From: Thermoflexia bacterium
Lineage (GTDB): Bacteria > Chloroflexota > Anaerolineae > B4-G1 > SLSP01
Assembly (NCBI GenBank): GCA_011192175.1
Contig: DUEJ01000001.1
Location: 3,090 to 67,089 of the forward strand
Reading direction: 5' to 3'
Length of the DNA: 64,000 nucleotides
Shown piece by piece: positions 48,519 through 57,646 of this stretch (positions are counted from its first letter, which is position 1; every line of letters begins with the position of its first letter). The position numbers and the translations under genes are program-made. The notes below the pieces were generated by a model that was given only the letters and a program-made list of their open reading frames with translations, did no database searches and was not told where the DNA came from.

Positions 48519-48917
48519 TCATCCGCATATTTGATGCTCTTTCTCGGCGACTCGTTGCATGAAGCGTTCCCAATCAATGATGAAGCGTTCATGTTCACAG
48601 ACGCCGATTCTCTCCACCGCATCCCATGCCTCGACGTGCAACCTCAGCCGGCGGCCTTCCACGGATAGCACCTCCGCACGCAGGCGCACCTCCATCCCCA
48701 CGGGGGTGGGGGCTAAGTGTTGCATATTGATCACGGTGCCTACGGTGCTCTGGTGCTCTGGTAAATATGCTTGCACCGTCTCGCGGGCCGCGTTCTCCAT
48801 CAAGGCGACCAGATGCGGGGTGCTTAACGTGGGCACCAATCCACTGCCGTAAGTCGCAGCAGTCTCGGCTTCGGTGACGATATGGGTAATCTCTCCTACT
48901 AATCCTGGTTCAAGCAT
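48519..48917 (-). CDS. hotdog-fold thioesterase family protein
   Basis: 132 aa. Pattern ...GSGLVPTLSTPHLVALMENAA...EGRRLRLHVEAWD is typical of small hotdog thioesterases. Confidence 0.55.
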   Translation of the reverse strand: MLEPGLVGEITHIVTEAETAATYGSGLVPTLSTPHLVALMENAARETVQAYLPEHQSTVGTVINMQHLAPTPVGMEVRLRAEVLSVEGRRLRLHVEAWDAVERIGVCEHERFIIDWERFMQRVAEKEHQICG

Positions 48918-48944
48918 CTCTATTTGCTCCTTTTAAGATAAGTC

Positions 48945-49062
48945 GAAAGTCTAAGGTCAACTCTGAAAGCCCTCACCACGGGGGCACGGAGGGCACAGAG
49001 TTCTTTATTTTTTCTCCGTGTGTTCCATGTCTCCGTGGTGAAATGCTCGCTTACTCGCTCTC
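48945..49062. repeat. dispersed composite intergenic repeat family (copy E)
   Basis: Contains cacagagttctt...ctccgtgtgttccatgtctccgtggtgaaatg, the same terminal module as copies C, D and F. Confidence 0.6.
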
Positions 49063-49065
49063 TCG

Positions 49066-50529
49066 CTACCTCAATAACGGTACGATAAATCCAAATAAGC
49101 ACCACATATCCAGGACAAATAATCCCCCCAACAGAAGGGCGCCCCAGATGGCATTAAATTTAGCCGCAGTTAGGCCACTAAGAGCCGTGAACAACGCCGC
49201 ACTCCCCACTAACGCCAACGTCCAGAGCGGCAAGTCGCCGCGCAGCAATCCCAGCCCGCCGATTACCAAACCTGCTATCGCAAGCAGCGACGTGGCGGCA
49301 ATGGCTACCTGTTTATGGGTCAATTGCCGCAATCCCAGGGCCGCGATCAGAGCCAGCGCGGGCAGTGCAGGGAAGAGGTACCGTCCCTGGTGTTGCACAA
49401 AGGTTAGGTTGTACCAGAGCGGCAGCGCGAAGGTGATGAGCGTGGCTGTTCCCAATAGACAACCGGCATCTTGCTGAGTGCGAGAGATTCCCCGGTACAG
49501 CGCGAAAATCGCTTGCCACGCGGCCCCCCAAACCATCAGACCCGAGAGCAGGCCGGCTCCTAGGTAAATGCGCTGATCCAACACTACGCCCATCCAGCCG
49601 AACTGCCCCCAGAACGAGCGGAAGGTGGTGTGCAGGGCATTATGCAGGAAGAGTCCTAACCCGTCGCGCGCGATCCAGGCTGCGGTGCGCGGTTGTCCTA
49701 CCACCACGGCGTGGTGACGTTGCAGCCCTAGGATGTCGGGCCAACCATAGAGCAGTGAGTTGCGCGTCCACCAGAGCGCGCCTAAGAGCAAGCCAGGGAT
49801 GAAGAGCGCGGCGGCCTGGTGCAATGCCCAACTAAATGCAAAGCCGCCTCGCCGCCAGCGCAACACAATCACCAAGAGCGCCAGGGGGAGCGCCACGTAG
49901 CCCGTAGTTTTGGTGAGCAACAATGCTCCTAAGACCACCCCCAGGCTGAGCGGGGAGGTTTTGCCGCGCAGGTAACGCAAAGCCAGCCAGAGCCAGAGCG
50001 CCAGCAAGGCTTCCGTCAACGAGTCGTTGTTGACGCCGGCCATCATCGCGAGGTGCTGTGGCAAGCAGGCGACCAGACCGGCGGCCAGCCAACTCAAACC
50101 GGGGGACTGGGGCAAGACCTCTGCCGTTATCAAAGCGGTCATCACGACCACCACCGCGCCCAAAGTCAAGGAGAAAAGTCGCAAGGGGAGCAGGCGTCCC
50201 TCTCCCAGCCAGAAAATTGGTGTGGCTAAGAGATAGTAGAGCGGCGGTTGGTGATCCTCATAAGTCAGCGGCGCAATGGAGAGGTGTGGAGGGAACTGCT
50301 CACTGGTCAACCGTTCAATATAAATTTGGTCGTAATCTTGCGCGGTCATTTCAGGTAGCTGGTGCTGTTCGGCCAGCGTGCGGATGTAATTGTAGTGCGC
50401 CGGTTCGTCGGGCACTTGCCAGTGGGGAGTCTGCACCGCGTAGAGCGTGCCGGCGATGAAGTAAGCGAACAGGATGAGCAATAGCGGCCAATAACCACGT
50501 AATTGAGCAGTCGGGTAGTTTTCTCTCAT
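49066..50529 (-). CDS. GT39/GT83-type (PMT/ArnT-like) membrane glycosyltransferase
   Basis: About 12 TM helices. N-terminal loop with the DEPAHY motif. Overall ArnT/PMT_2-like architecture. Confidence 0.7.
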   Translation of the reverse strand: MRENYPTAQLRGYWPLLLILFAYFIAGTLYAVQTPHWQVPDEPAHYNYIRTLAEQHQLPEMTAQDYDQIYIERLTSEQFPPHLSIAPLTYEDHQPPLYYLLATPIFWLGEGRLLPLRLFSLTLGAVVVVMTALITAEVLPQSPGLSWLAAGLVACLPQHLAMMAGVNNDSLTEALLALWLWLALRYLRGKTSPLSLGVVLGALLLTKTTGYVALPLALLVIVLRWRRGGFAFSWALHQAAALFIPGLLLGALWWTRNSLLYGWPDILGLQRHHAVVVGQPRTAAWIARDGLGLFLHNALHTTFRSFWGQFGWMGVVLDQRIYLGAGLLSGLMVWGAAWQAIFALYRGISRTQQDAGCLLGTATLITFALPLWYNLTFVQHQGRYLFPALPALALIAALGLRQLTHKQVAIAATSLLAIAGLVIGGLGLLRGDLPLWTLALVGSAALFTALSGLTAAKFNAIWGALLLGGLFVLDMWCLFGFIVPLLR

Positions 50530-50618
50530 CTGGCACTCGCCTTGTTAGTCAGTTAGTCCAGTAGTCTGGTAGTCGTTAGTTCGGTAGTCTCAGTAACGCG
50601 ACTTTTGCGATGATGTGT

Positions 50619-50667
50619 TCGCTCCCTCGTTCATTCGCTTTCTCGCTCACTCGCTTTCTCGCTTCAC
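50619..50667. repeat. CTCGC-type tandem repeat array (copy 2 of 3), at the left border of the ATPase/TOPRIM islet
   Basis: gctccctcgttcattcgctttctcgctcactcgctttctcgcttcac. Confidence 0.75.
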
Positions 50668-51396
50668 TGTTCCTGCGGTATAAACTTTTCCAGCTCTCGG
50701 TACCACTGCCTAAAAAGAGGACATTTGCCAATGACCACAGGTACCAGCATCTCTTGCAGTAGTCGGGGTGTATGAACAGCCTTGGAATAATGCACGTTTG
50801 CTTCATCCAATGCCGCTTCCATAATCAGTGCGGAAAGTTTTTCCTCACAAGCGTCTTTTTTCTCATCTAAAGTGCTAAAATTTTCTGGTTCAGCAAAAGA
50901 TACGTTATGTTGGCTGGCTAAACAATGACGCATAGCCCCGTGATGCGCACGAAAGTCTAAATCTTTGGCAAAAGTATTACTCCAGTCTGCGATCAACCAG
51001 GCTTCAATCTCAGGAGCCGCGAAACCTATTACCATCCGGTCGCTCTGCATATCAGGGAACTCGCCAAGCACGGCGTTAATGGTGTCCCTAAACAGCTTCT
51101 CACGTTCTTCCGCTACGTGACAGTCCAAATCGTCCATAACCAGAATGAGATCATAATTCTCACCACGATTTAAGGCCGCCCGTAATTGTCTGACAATACG
51201 ATTGGCTAACTCTCCGCCTGTGCCCCCCCCATAACTTTAGGGGCCCATTAGCACCTGGTCTGGCCCCAGGTTTCTGGTAGTAGGGAGTTTTCCTCTCAAA
51301 TTGCGCCTGCGCGAACTGTTTTCTCAAAAATGGCAGGAACCCCTTTACTTCCGAGGGGCCGCCTCCGGCAAAGACCCAAGTCTTTACCACGGCCAA
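50664..51396 (-). pseudogene. TOPRIM-like partner protein (DUF4276-like by memory) of the adjacent ATPase, disrupted by a +1/-1 frameshift in a G8/C8 homopolymer
   Basis: Two ORFs (51160-51396 and 50664-51137) join into one 243-aa reading frame if the C8 run at 51223-51230 is read as C7. The joined protein reads ...KLWGGTGGELANRIVRQL...DLILVMDDLDCH.... It has a TOPRIM-like Glu (GGGPSE) and a DxD (DDLD). It overlaps the ATPase stop by 13 bp. Confidence 0.6.
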
Positions 51397-52565
51397 CCGC
51401 CCACGCTGGGATCACCAACGCGATAGAGGTCTCCTAATTTCCACCCTTCTTGCAACCAGCTCGCTACGCTTTCTTGAGTCAAACGGTTGATGGCGAAGTG
51501 CCCGGTATCTCGTTCAGGTGCGCTGAATACCAGTACGTTTTCCACTTCATCCGTAAAATGATCTAATAAATCGGGGCTGTGGGTACTGATGATAATTTGA
51601 GTTTTAAGAGAGGCGTTTTTGATCCAATGGGCAAGTACTTCTAGCCAAGCCACGTGTATACCCATTTCGGGTTCCTCTATCACCAGGAGAGCGGGCAACT
51701 GCGGCGAATGTAGGATCGTAGCCCAACACAACATCCGCACCAGGCCATCAGACATCTCCCTCAGATAAAAGGGTTCTGGGGTATCCGCAATATACCATTG
51801 CACAGCCAGTGATAGTTGCCCCGCAAAAACCGTTCTTATCCGGCGGGTAAGGGGCCAAATGCCTTGCATGGCCTGGTTGATACGCTCTTCAAATTCAAGA
51901 CTATCCTCCATAAGATTGTGGAGGACCAACGTCAAGTTCTCGCCAGAAGCAGTAAGGTATCTATCCCCTTGTCCCACTTTGGGTTCTGCCTCTCGGATGC
52001 GTTTTAGATTCATGCTGTTGGCGTTGTAGAAATGCCAGTGAGAAAAAGAACCCAGCAAATTATACAGCGGAATAGGTCCAGCTGCTAGAATTGCCCCTTC
52101 AATGGTCTCCTGCTCATGCTGGTTTTGTCTAAAAAGCATTTTATCATTGAATCCCTCACCTTTCCTTCTTTCGACAGCAACATCTTCTCGGTAAATGACC
52201 GGGAAACGGTTTCCCGGTACAAACAGTAACGTAAGTCGGAGACGGCTTTGAACCTCTTCGGGCGGTAAAGGACTTAAATAGAATTCTAAATTGACCTGCC
52301 CCGGTCGTTTCACGGTTTTATCTAATATGTCAGAGCCGCCTAGCTGCATAATGGCTTTGTCGAAGCTCGAGACCTCATCCACAGAAGGTAAGCTGGCATT
52401 TTCCAGAAAACGAAAGATATTCACCAAGTTACTCTTGCCTGAACTGTTGGGACCAATTAAGATATTCAAGCTGCCAAAACTGACATCTAGCGGACCTAGG
52501 TTCTTATAGTTTTCCGCTACCAGCCTGTTAATATGATACGTGGCTTTGAAACCGCTTTCTCTCAT
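51384..52565 (-). CDS. soluble ABC-like AAA ATPase (AAA_21/AAA_15 type; OLD/PARIS-AriA-like)
   Basis: Walker A GPNSSGKSN. ABC-signature-like MSDGLVRM. Walker B/D-loop LLVIEEPEMGIH. H-loop ISTHSP. No TM domains. Local GC is lower than the surrounding genome. Confidence 0.75.
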   Translation of the reverse strand: MRESGFKATYHINRLVAENYKNLGPLDVSFGSLNILIGPNSSGKSNLVNIFRFLENASLPSVDEVSSFDKAIMQLGGSDILDKTVKRPGQVNLEFYLSPLPPEEVQSRLRLTLLFVPGNRFPVIYREDVAVERRKGEGFNDKMLFRQNQHEQETIEGAILAAGPIPLYNLLGSFSHWHFYNANSMNLKRIREAEPKVGQGDRYLTASGENLTLVLHNLMEDSLEFEERINQAMQGIWPLTRRIRTVFAGQLSLAVQWYIADTPEPFYLREMSDGLVRMLCWATILHSPQLPALLVIEEPEMGIHVAWLEVLAHWIKNASLKTQIIISTHSPDLLDHFTDEVENVLVFSAPERDTGHFAINRLTQESVASWLQEGWKLGDLYRVGDPSVGGWPW

Positions 52566-52582
52566 ATCTGTTCCTCTCCCTT

Positions 52583-52688
52583 CCTCGCTTTCTCGCTCCC
52601 TCGCCTTCTCGCCTTCTCGCTCACTCGCCTTCTCGCTTTCTCGCTCACTCGCCTTCTCGCTTTCTCGCTCACTCGCTTTCTCGCTTCT
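52583..52688. repeat. CTCGC-type tandem repeat array (copy 3 of 3; about 4 units of a 24-bp period built from 8-mers), at the right border of the islet
   Basis: cctcgctttctcgctccctcgccttctcgccttctcgctcactcgccttctcgctttctcgctcactcgccttctcgctttctcgctcactcgctttctcgcttc. Confidence 0.85.
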
Positions 52689-53328
52689 GGGGAGTGTGCT
52701 TGGATATCTGAATCAAGGGTGGTTTTTCGTAGAAAATGGGTAGAAACCGTTCTTCTCGCTTAGAGAGACGTTTGATGTTAGGCCGTAGCGCCCAGAGCGT
52801 CAACAACATAGTTGGGAGGCCAAATCCCAGTGCGTAAGGCCATCCCCCATGCCAGTAACTCAACCCTGGCAGAGAGAGCGCGATAAGGATAGAAGCCACG
52901 GAAGCATGTCCTACCAATCCAACAACCGCAATCGCCGGGATTAACAATAGCGGCAAGTTCCCTCCCCACATCGCACTGGCAATCCCCAGGCTGGTGATCG
53001 TGCCCGCGCCACCGGTAAAGCCCAGATAGAGTGAGTAATTATGCCCCACTATGCCTAGCGCCCCCGTGAGGGCCACTGCCCAGGGGCTAAGTCCCAGTGC
53101 TTTGGCTATCCAGATGCCGGCGGCCCCCTTGAAGCCATCACAGATAGCTGTTAAGAGGGCCGCTAGTGAACCACTGGTGCGCCAGACGTTGGTGCCGCCG
53201 GTGCGCCCGCTCCCATGTTGGCGTACGTCAATATGTTTGAGCACCTTGGCCCAAAGAATACCCGGCGGAAGCGAGCCTAATAAGTAAGCGGCGGCCCAGG
53301 CGATAAATAATTTTACAGCTGTTCCCAT
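52669..53328 (-). CDS. plsY: glycerol-3-phosphate acyltransferase PlsY
   Basis: HGSGRTGGTNVWR motif and a polytopic profile. The extreme C-terminal tail is encoded by the tandem-repeat array, so the true stop is uncertain. Confidence 0.8.
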   Translation of the reverse strand: MGTAVKLFIAWAAAYLLGSLPPGILWAKVLKHIDVRQHGSGRTGGTNVWRTSGSLAALLTAICDGFKGAAGIWIAKALGLSPWAVALTGALGIVGHNYSLYLGFTGGAGTITSLGIASAMWGGNLPLLLIPAIAVVGLVGHASVASILIALSLPGLSYWHGGWPYALGFGLPTMLLTLWALRPNIKRLSKREERFLPIFYEKPPLIQISKHTPQKRESE

Positions 53329-53330
53329 TT

Positions 53331-54083
53331 TTACTCCTCATTTTGTCCACAGTGTGGACAGTTAGCAGTTCTGGTAACTTGTATCTTCTCAAAAGAGTGG
53401 TGCAATCCATCCCAGAGCAGTAGCTGATCCACCAATGGCGTCCCTATCCCCAGCAACACTTTGAGCGCCTCCAGCGCTTGCAACGTGCCGATTACCCCGG
53501 CTGTGGCGCCGATAATTCCAAGTTCGGCCGGTGATTGCTGGCTGCCCGGTTCCGGCAGCTCGGGGAAGATGCACCGGCGGCAAGCGTGACCGGGCAGCAC
53601 TACGCTTAATTGCCCCTCAAATCGTTGCACCCCCGCCCATACCAGGGGCACTCTGGCCCGCACACAAAGTTCGTTGATTAGAGCCTTGCTGGCTAGATTG
53701 TCGGTAGCTTCCACCACTAGATCATAATCTGCAATTAGGGCGGGGCCATTCGCACGCGAGACACGCATGATATGCGGGATGATGGTAATTTCTGGATTGA
53801 ATGCCCGGAGGCGGCGCGCCGCTTGCTCAACCTTGTTTCGGCCTATCCCCGCTGGCGTGTAGAGAATCTGGCGATTCAAGTTGGTAGAAGAGAGCAAATC
53901 GTCATCAGCAATACCCAGCGTGCCCACCCCGGCGGCGGCCAGATAGAAGAGCGCGGGGGAACCCAGCCCTCCGGCTCCAATCACCAAGACACGCGCTGTC
54001 TGCAACCGGGCCTGTCCAGCTACACCAATTTGGGGAATCGCTATCTGTCGCGCGTAACGCCGATTTACTTGAACTTCGTTCAT
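53331..54083 (-). CDS. ThiF/MoeB-family E1-like adenylyltransferase
   Basis: Rossmann motif VLVIGAGGLGSP, a catalytic Asp region and the C-terminal CxxC...CPHCG zinc motif. Confidence 0.8.
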   Translation of the reverse strand: MNEVQVNRRYARQIAIPQIGVAGQARLQTARVLVIGAGGLGSPALFYLAAAGVGTLGIADDDLLSSTNLNRQILYTPAGIGRNKVEQAARRLRAFNPEITIIPHIMRVSRANGPALIADYDLVVEATDNLASKALINELCVRARVPLVWAGVQRFEGQLSVVLPGHACRRCIFPELPEPGSQQSPAELGIIGATAGVIGTLQALEALKVLLGIGTPLVDQLLLWDGLHHSFEKIQVTRTANCPHCGQNEE

Positions 54084-54297
54084 TTGCGCTCCATTACTCT
54101 CTTACCGATTCTATTCTACCAGTTGCAAACTAGCAGACAAGCTTTCTCAGCTCTTTTGAGAATAAAATACCCTTGAAAAACTGGCTTGAATATGCTATCA
54201 TTAAGCGGCTTTGGGCAGGGCGCTAAACATTCTCAAGCATGGATGACCAATTCTGAGCAGCTATATCCACCTAGCATTTAACCGATAGGGAATAAAT

Positions 54298-54675
54298 ATG
54301 TATCCTGATAGCGAAATTCTTTTTCCCCCCCGTTGCATCAAAACCCTCCGGGATCTACGAGGTCCCCAGTGGCGTGAACTGATAGATCGGCTTCTCACCC
54401 TGCCCAATAATCACGAAGCGGTGTTGGCTTTCGGCCTATTGGTGATTGATGAAAGCAGTTGTCTAACTTGCAGTCTAGATAGCTACCGCGCCTCTTTGGG
54501 TTGCTGTACCTGCGCACAGCGCAGCATCAGCGGTTACAAAGGCACTGATGAGGAACTGTTGGCTGATTACCAGGAGAACCTGGCTAAGGTGCGCAAATAT
54601 GCTAGCAATCCCAATATGGCTCTCGCCACAGAGATCATGCTCCAAGCAACTATGGCTCCTCCCCGGCGGCGGTGA
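54298..54675 (+). CDS. hypothetical small Cys-rich protein, translationally coupled (ATGA overlap) to the downstream glycoside hydrolase
   Basis: 125 aa with a CLTC...CCTC cluster. The ORF may be spurious. Confidence 0.3.
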   Translation: MYPDSEILFPPRCIKTLRDLRGPQWRELIDRLLTLPNNHEAVLAFGLLVIDESSCLTCSLDSYRASLGCCTCAQRSISGYKGTDEELLADYQENLAKVRKYASNPNMALATEIMLQATMAPPRRR

Positions 54676-56261
54676 CTTTTTTGGCACTTCTGCGTAAATA
54701 CCGGTTTGGATTCCTACTCCTGCTGATTCTGCTCTTGGTGATAACATCCAGTAGGGTGCTTTTCCCCGCATGGCCTTATGAGCTCACCGGTGAGGAGAAT
54801 AGCGCGGCGCAGCTGCGCGGCTTGCTCCAGTGGAGTACCAACCTAGCGCGGCCCTTACCTCGAACTGCGGATGAGGGACCCATCGCTTACACGGAACTCT
54901 CTCCGTTCGGCATCAATACCTTCCTGGAGCAGGAGGTGGAGCTCGAAAAGCGCGCGCGTTCTCTCCAGCTGATCAGTGAGGCCGGGTTCCACTGGATCCG
55001 GCAGGAATTTCCCTGGGAAGATATTGAGATCCACGGGAAGGGCGATTTTGAGGATCGCCGCCACGTACCACATCGTTCCGCGTGGGAGAAATACGATCAG
55101 CTAGTCGCCAGTGCGGAACAATACCAACTGGGAATCATTGTCCGGTTGAGCAACCCGCCCACTTGGAGCCGGGCCGCCGGCGATGAGCTCGGCACTTATG
55201 CCCCGCCAGATGATTTTGCTGATTACGGTGATTTTGTGGCAGCCGTGGTCTCTCGTTACCGGGGTCGCATCCGCTTCTACCAGGTTTGGAACGAGCCGAA
55301 CATCTATCCCGAATGGGGTAAGCGGCCTGTTGATCCCGAAGCCTACACCGAGTTGCTCTGTCTGGCCTACAAGCGCATCAAAGCCGCCGACCCGCAAGCC
55401 GTAGTAATCAGTGGGGCGCTGGCGCCCACCGTCGCGTTGGGTACCTCGCGCCCAGATGGCGGTAACGCGCTCATGGATACCGTATTTTTGCAACGCATGT
55501 ATCAGGCCGGGGCAGGAGCCTGTTTTGATATCATGGCGGTCAACGATTATATGCTCTGGTCTGGGCCAACAGATCGCCGGATGCGGCCTAATCTGACCAA
55601 TTTCTCGCGGCCCCTCTGGATCCGCGATCTGATGGTCGCCCATGGAGATGCCGGCAAACCCATCTGGCTCACCGAGATGAATAGCAATGCGGCACCCGCA
55701 GGATTACCGGCTATTTATGGGCGCGTTACCGAGGAGCAACAAGCGCGCTATGCTATCCAGGCATTGGAGCGCGTGCAGCAAGAATGGCCCTGGGTCGGGC
55801 ACGTTGCTATTTGGTTCTTCAAACGGCCCTCGGAGCAGGAGCGGGGAGAGCCGTGGTACTACTTCCGGCTGATGGAACCCGATTTTACGCCCTTACCGAT
55901 TTACGCGGAGATCAAAGAATACCTCAACACGCTAGCCCCAACACTTTATCAGGGGCAGCATAGCGCGGAGAGTTGGCAGCTTAACTACCAGGGGGCCTGG
56001 ATTACTAGTCCGGAGGGAACAAAAAGCACTGTCACCGCAGGCGCTAGTCTGACGCTTAATTGGCAAGGTCGCGCTCTGGAGTTGTTACCCGGCAATTCCA
56101 ATGCTCTCATCCGCGTAATGGCGGAGGGGCAGTCAGTGCGGGAGATCATGGTTGAGAGCCAACCGGTGCTCCTCGACCGCGATTTACTAAAACGCCAACA
56201 CGCCCTCCAGCTTGTCGTGCTGGAAGGCGGGCTGACCATAAAGGGCTTTCAGGTGGAGTAA
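54672..56261 (+). CDS. membrane-anchored clan GH-A glycoside hydrolase (GH5/GH39-like)
   Basis: N-terminal TM anchor. (beta/alpha)8-type motifs including YQVWNEPN (the NEP acid/base Glu) and LTEMN (nucleophile-like). Confidence 0.6.
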   Translation: MTFLALLRKYRFGFLLLLILLLVITSSRVLFPAWPYELTGEENSAAQLRGLLQWSTNLARPLPRTADEGPIAYTELSPFGINTFLEQEVELEKRARSLQLISEAGFHWIRQEFPWEDIEIHGKGDFEDRRHVPHRSAWEKYDQLVASAEQYQLGIIVRLSNPPTWSRAAGDELGTYAPPDDFADYGDFVAAVVSRYRGRIRFYQVWNEPNIYPEWGKRPVDPEAYTELLCLAYKRIKAADPQAVVISGALAPTVALGTSRPDGGNALMDTVFLQRMYQAGAGACFDIMAVNDYMLWSGPTDRRMRPNLTNFSRPLWIRDLMVAHGDAGKPIWLTEMNSNAAPAGLPAIYGRVTEEQQARYAIQALERVQQEWPWVGHVAIWFFKRPSEQERGEPWYYFRLMEPDFTPLPIYAEIKEYLNTLAPTLYQGQHSAESWQLNYQGAWITSPEGTKSTVTAGASLTLNWQGRALELLPGNSNALIRVMAEGQSVREIMVESQPVLLDRDLLKRQHALQLVVLEGGLTIKGFQVE

Positions 56262-56306
56262 GCGCTTGCGGCGGATTACAATCCGCCGAGAATTTTAGGA
56301 GAGCGA

Positions 56307-57380
56307 TTATTCCCCCAATGCCGCTAATTTGCGCCATTGCTCGTCAGCGGTCAGCGCCTCGATAAATTCCCTGATCTCACCTTCCATGATAGAAGGCAAG
56401 TCGTAGATAGATTTGCCGATACGATGATCGGTAACGCGATTCTGCGGGTAGTTATAGGTGCGAATCTTCTCGCTACGTTCGCCCGTACCTACTTGTGCTC
56501 GCCGAGCGGATCCAATGGCCTCTTCTTGTTCGCGTCGTTCAATCTCATAGAGCCGGGCGCGTAAGACGGTCATCGCTTGGAGCTTGTTTTGGGTCAGCGA
56601 GCGCTCACTTTCGCAAGTGACCACCATCCTGGTTGGTTTGTAGATGATGCGCACCGCCGTATCGTTCTTCTGCATGTGTTGACCACCTGGCCCCGAAGCG
56701 CCGTAGGTGCCAATCTCCAAATCGTTAGGATTGATATTGATTTCAACGGCCTCTACTTCTGGCAGCACTGCCACCGTGACAGTTGAGGTATGAATGCGCC
56801 CGCTGGACTCCGTGGTTGGCACTCGTTGAACGCGATGCACGCCGCTCTCATATTTTAGCTGCGAGAAAGCCCGTTTCCCTTCTACCCGGAAGATGACCTC
56901 CTTAAAACCACCAATCCCCGTGCGATTTTCACTGATAATCTGCAACCGCCAACCGCCTTGACGTTCAACGTAACGCGCATACATACGGAAGAGCTCTGCC
57001 GCGAATAACCCCGCTTCGTCTCCCCCAGCGCCAGCTCTGATCTCAATGATAACGTTTTTCTCATCACGGGGGTCTTTGGGGACCAATAATTGTTTAAGGC
57101 GTTCTCTTAGAGTTACTTTAGTTGCCGAGAGTTGCTTAATCTCCGCGCGGGCCATCTCCAACAGCTCGGCATCTTCGACCTCATCCAATAGTTTCTCAGT
57201 CTCGGCTAATTCTTCCCCCACAGCTCTGTAACGGCGGTATGTTTCCACCGTCTCCGCCAGATCAGAACGCTCTTTGGCATACTTGACCACCTTAGTATAA
57301 TCCTGAACGATCTCCGGATCGGCCAGCAGCTCTGCTAAGTTATCAAAGCGTGCTTCTAACGCATCTAAACGTTCTAACAT
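56307..57380 (-). CDS. prfA: peptide chain release factor 1
   Basis: GGQ motif (GASGPGGQHMQKNDTAVR) and the RF1-type tripeptide region VPTTESSGRIHTST. The start is placed at MLERLDALE (57380); the longer ORF-track start would run through the tRNA genes. Confidence 0.85.
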   Translation of the reverse strand: MLERLDALEARFDNLAELLADPEIVQDYTKVVKYAKERSDLAETVETYRRYRAVGEELAETEKLLDEVEDAELLEMARAEIKQLSATKVTLRERLKQLLVPKDPRDEKNVIIEIRAGAGGDEAGLFAAELFRMYARYVERQGGWRLQIISENRTGIGGFKEVIFRVEGKRAFSQLKYESGVHRVQRVPTTESSGRIHTSTVTVAVLPEVEAVEININPNDLEIGTYGASGPGGQHMQKNDTAVRIIYKPTRMVVTCESERSLTQNKLQAMTVLRARLYEIERREQEEAIGSARRAQVGTGERSEKIRTYNYPQNRVTDHRIGKSIYDLPSIMEGEIREFIEALTADEQWRKLAALGE

Positions 57381-57451
57381 TTCTACCCCCTGCTGATTAG
57401 CTGATATAGCAAACGGCCCGTAACTCACGGGCCGTAGCTTAGTTTCTCTGA

Positions 57452-57524
57452 TGGGCCTACCGGGATTTGAACCTGGAACCGACCGGTTATGAGCCGGTTG
57501 CTCTAACCGTTGAGCTATAGGCCC
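57452..57524 (-). tRNA. tRNA-Met (anticodon CAT; could be initiator, elongator or Ile2)
   Basis: Reverse complement gggcctatagctcaacggttagagcaaccggctcataaccggtcggttccaggttcaaatcccggtaggccca. Loop ctcataa. Confidence 0.8.
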
Positions 57525-57529
57525 TGACA

Positions 57530-57600
57530 AGCGGGCGACGGGAATCGAACCCGTATCAATGGCTTGGAAGGCCAAGGCGTTACCATTACACGACGCCCGC
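57530..57600 (-). tRNA. tRNA-Gly (anticodon TCC)
   Basis: Reverse complement gcgggcgtcgtgtaatggtaacgccttggccttccaagccattgatacgggttcgattcccgtcgcccgct. Loop cttccaa. It resembles the E. coli glyT type. Confidence 0.75.
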
Positions 57601-57646
57601 AACCAGGGCATTATACCATAAGCCTGTTAGTTAGACAATCGGCCAA

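Noticed and set aside
52583-52688. CRISPR array
   Set aside because: The repeats are 8-24 bp tandem units with no intervening unique spacers and no cas genes. This is a simple tandem repeat, not a CRISPR.
54298-54675. Cys-rich 125-aa ORF as a metal-binding or RiPP precursor
   Set aside because: No recognisable motif or neighbouring maturation enzymes. Its only support is ATGA coupling to the glycoside hydrolase. It is kept as a low-confidence CDS only.
57381-57451. Hairpin ggcccgt-gagtt-acgggcc between tRNA-Met and prfA as a terminator
   Set aside because: The stem is short and is not followed by a clear U-tract on the transcribed strand. It may be a processing structure but is not callable.
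57381-57611. N-terminal extension of the prfA ORF to 434 aa
   Set aside because: The extension runs through the tRNA-Met and tRNA-Gly genes on the same strand. RF1 homology begins at the internal MLERLDALE.
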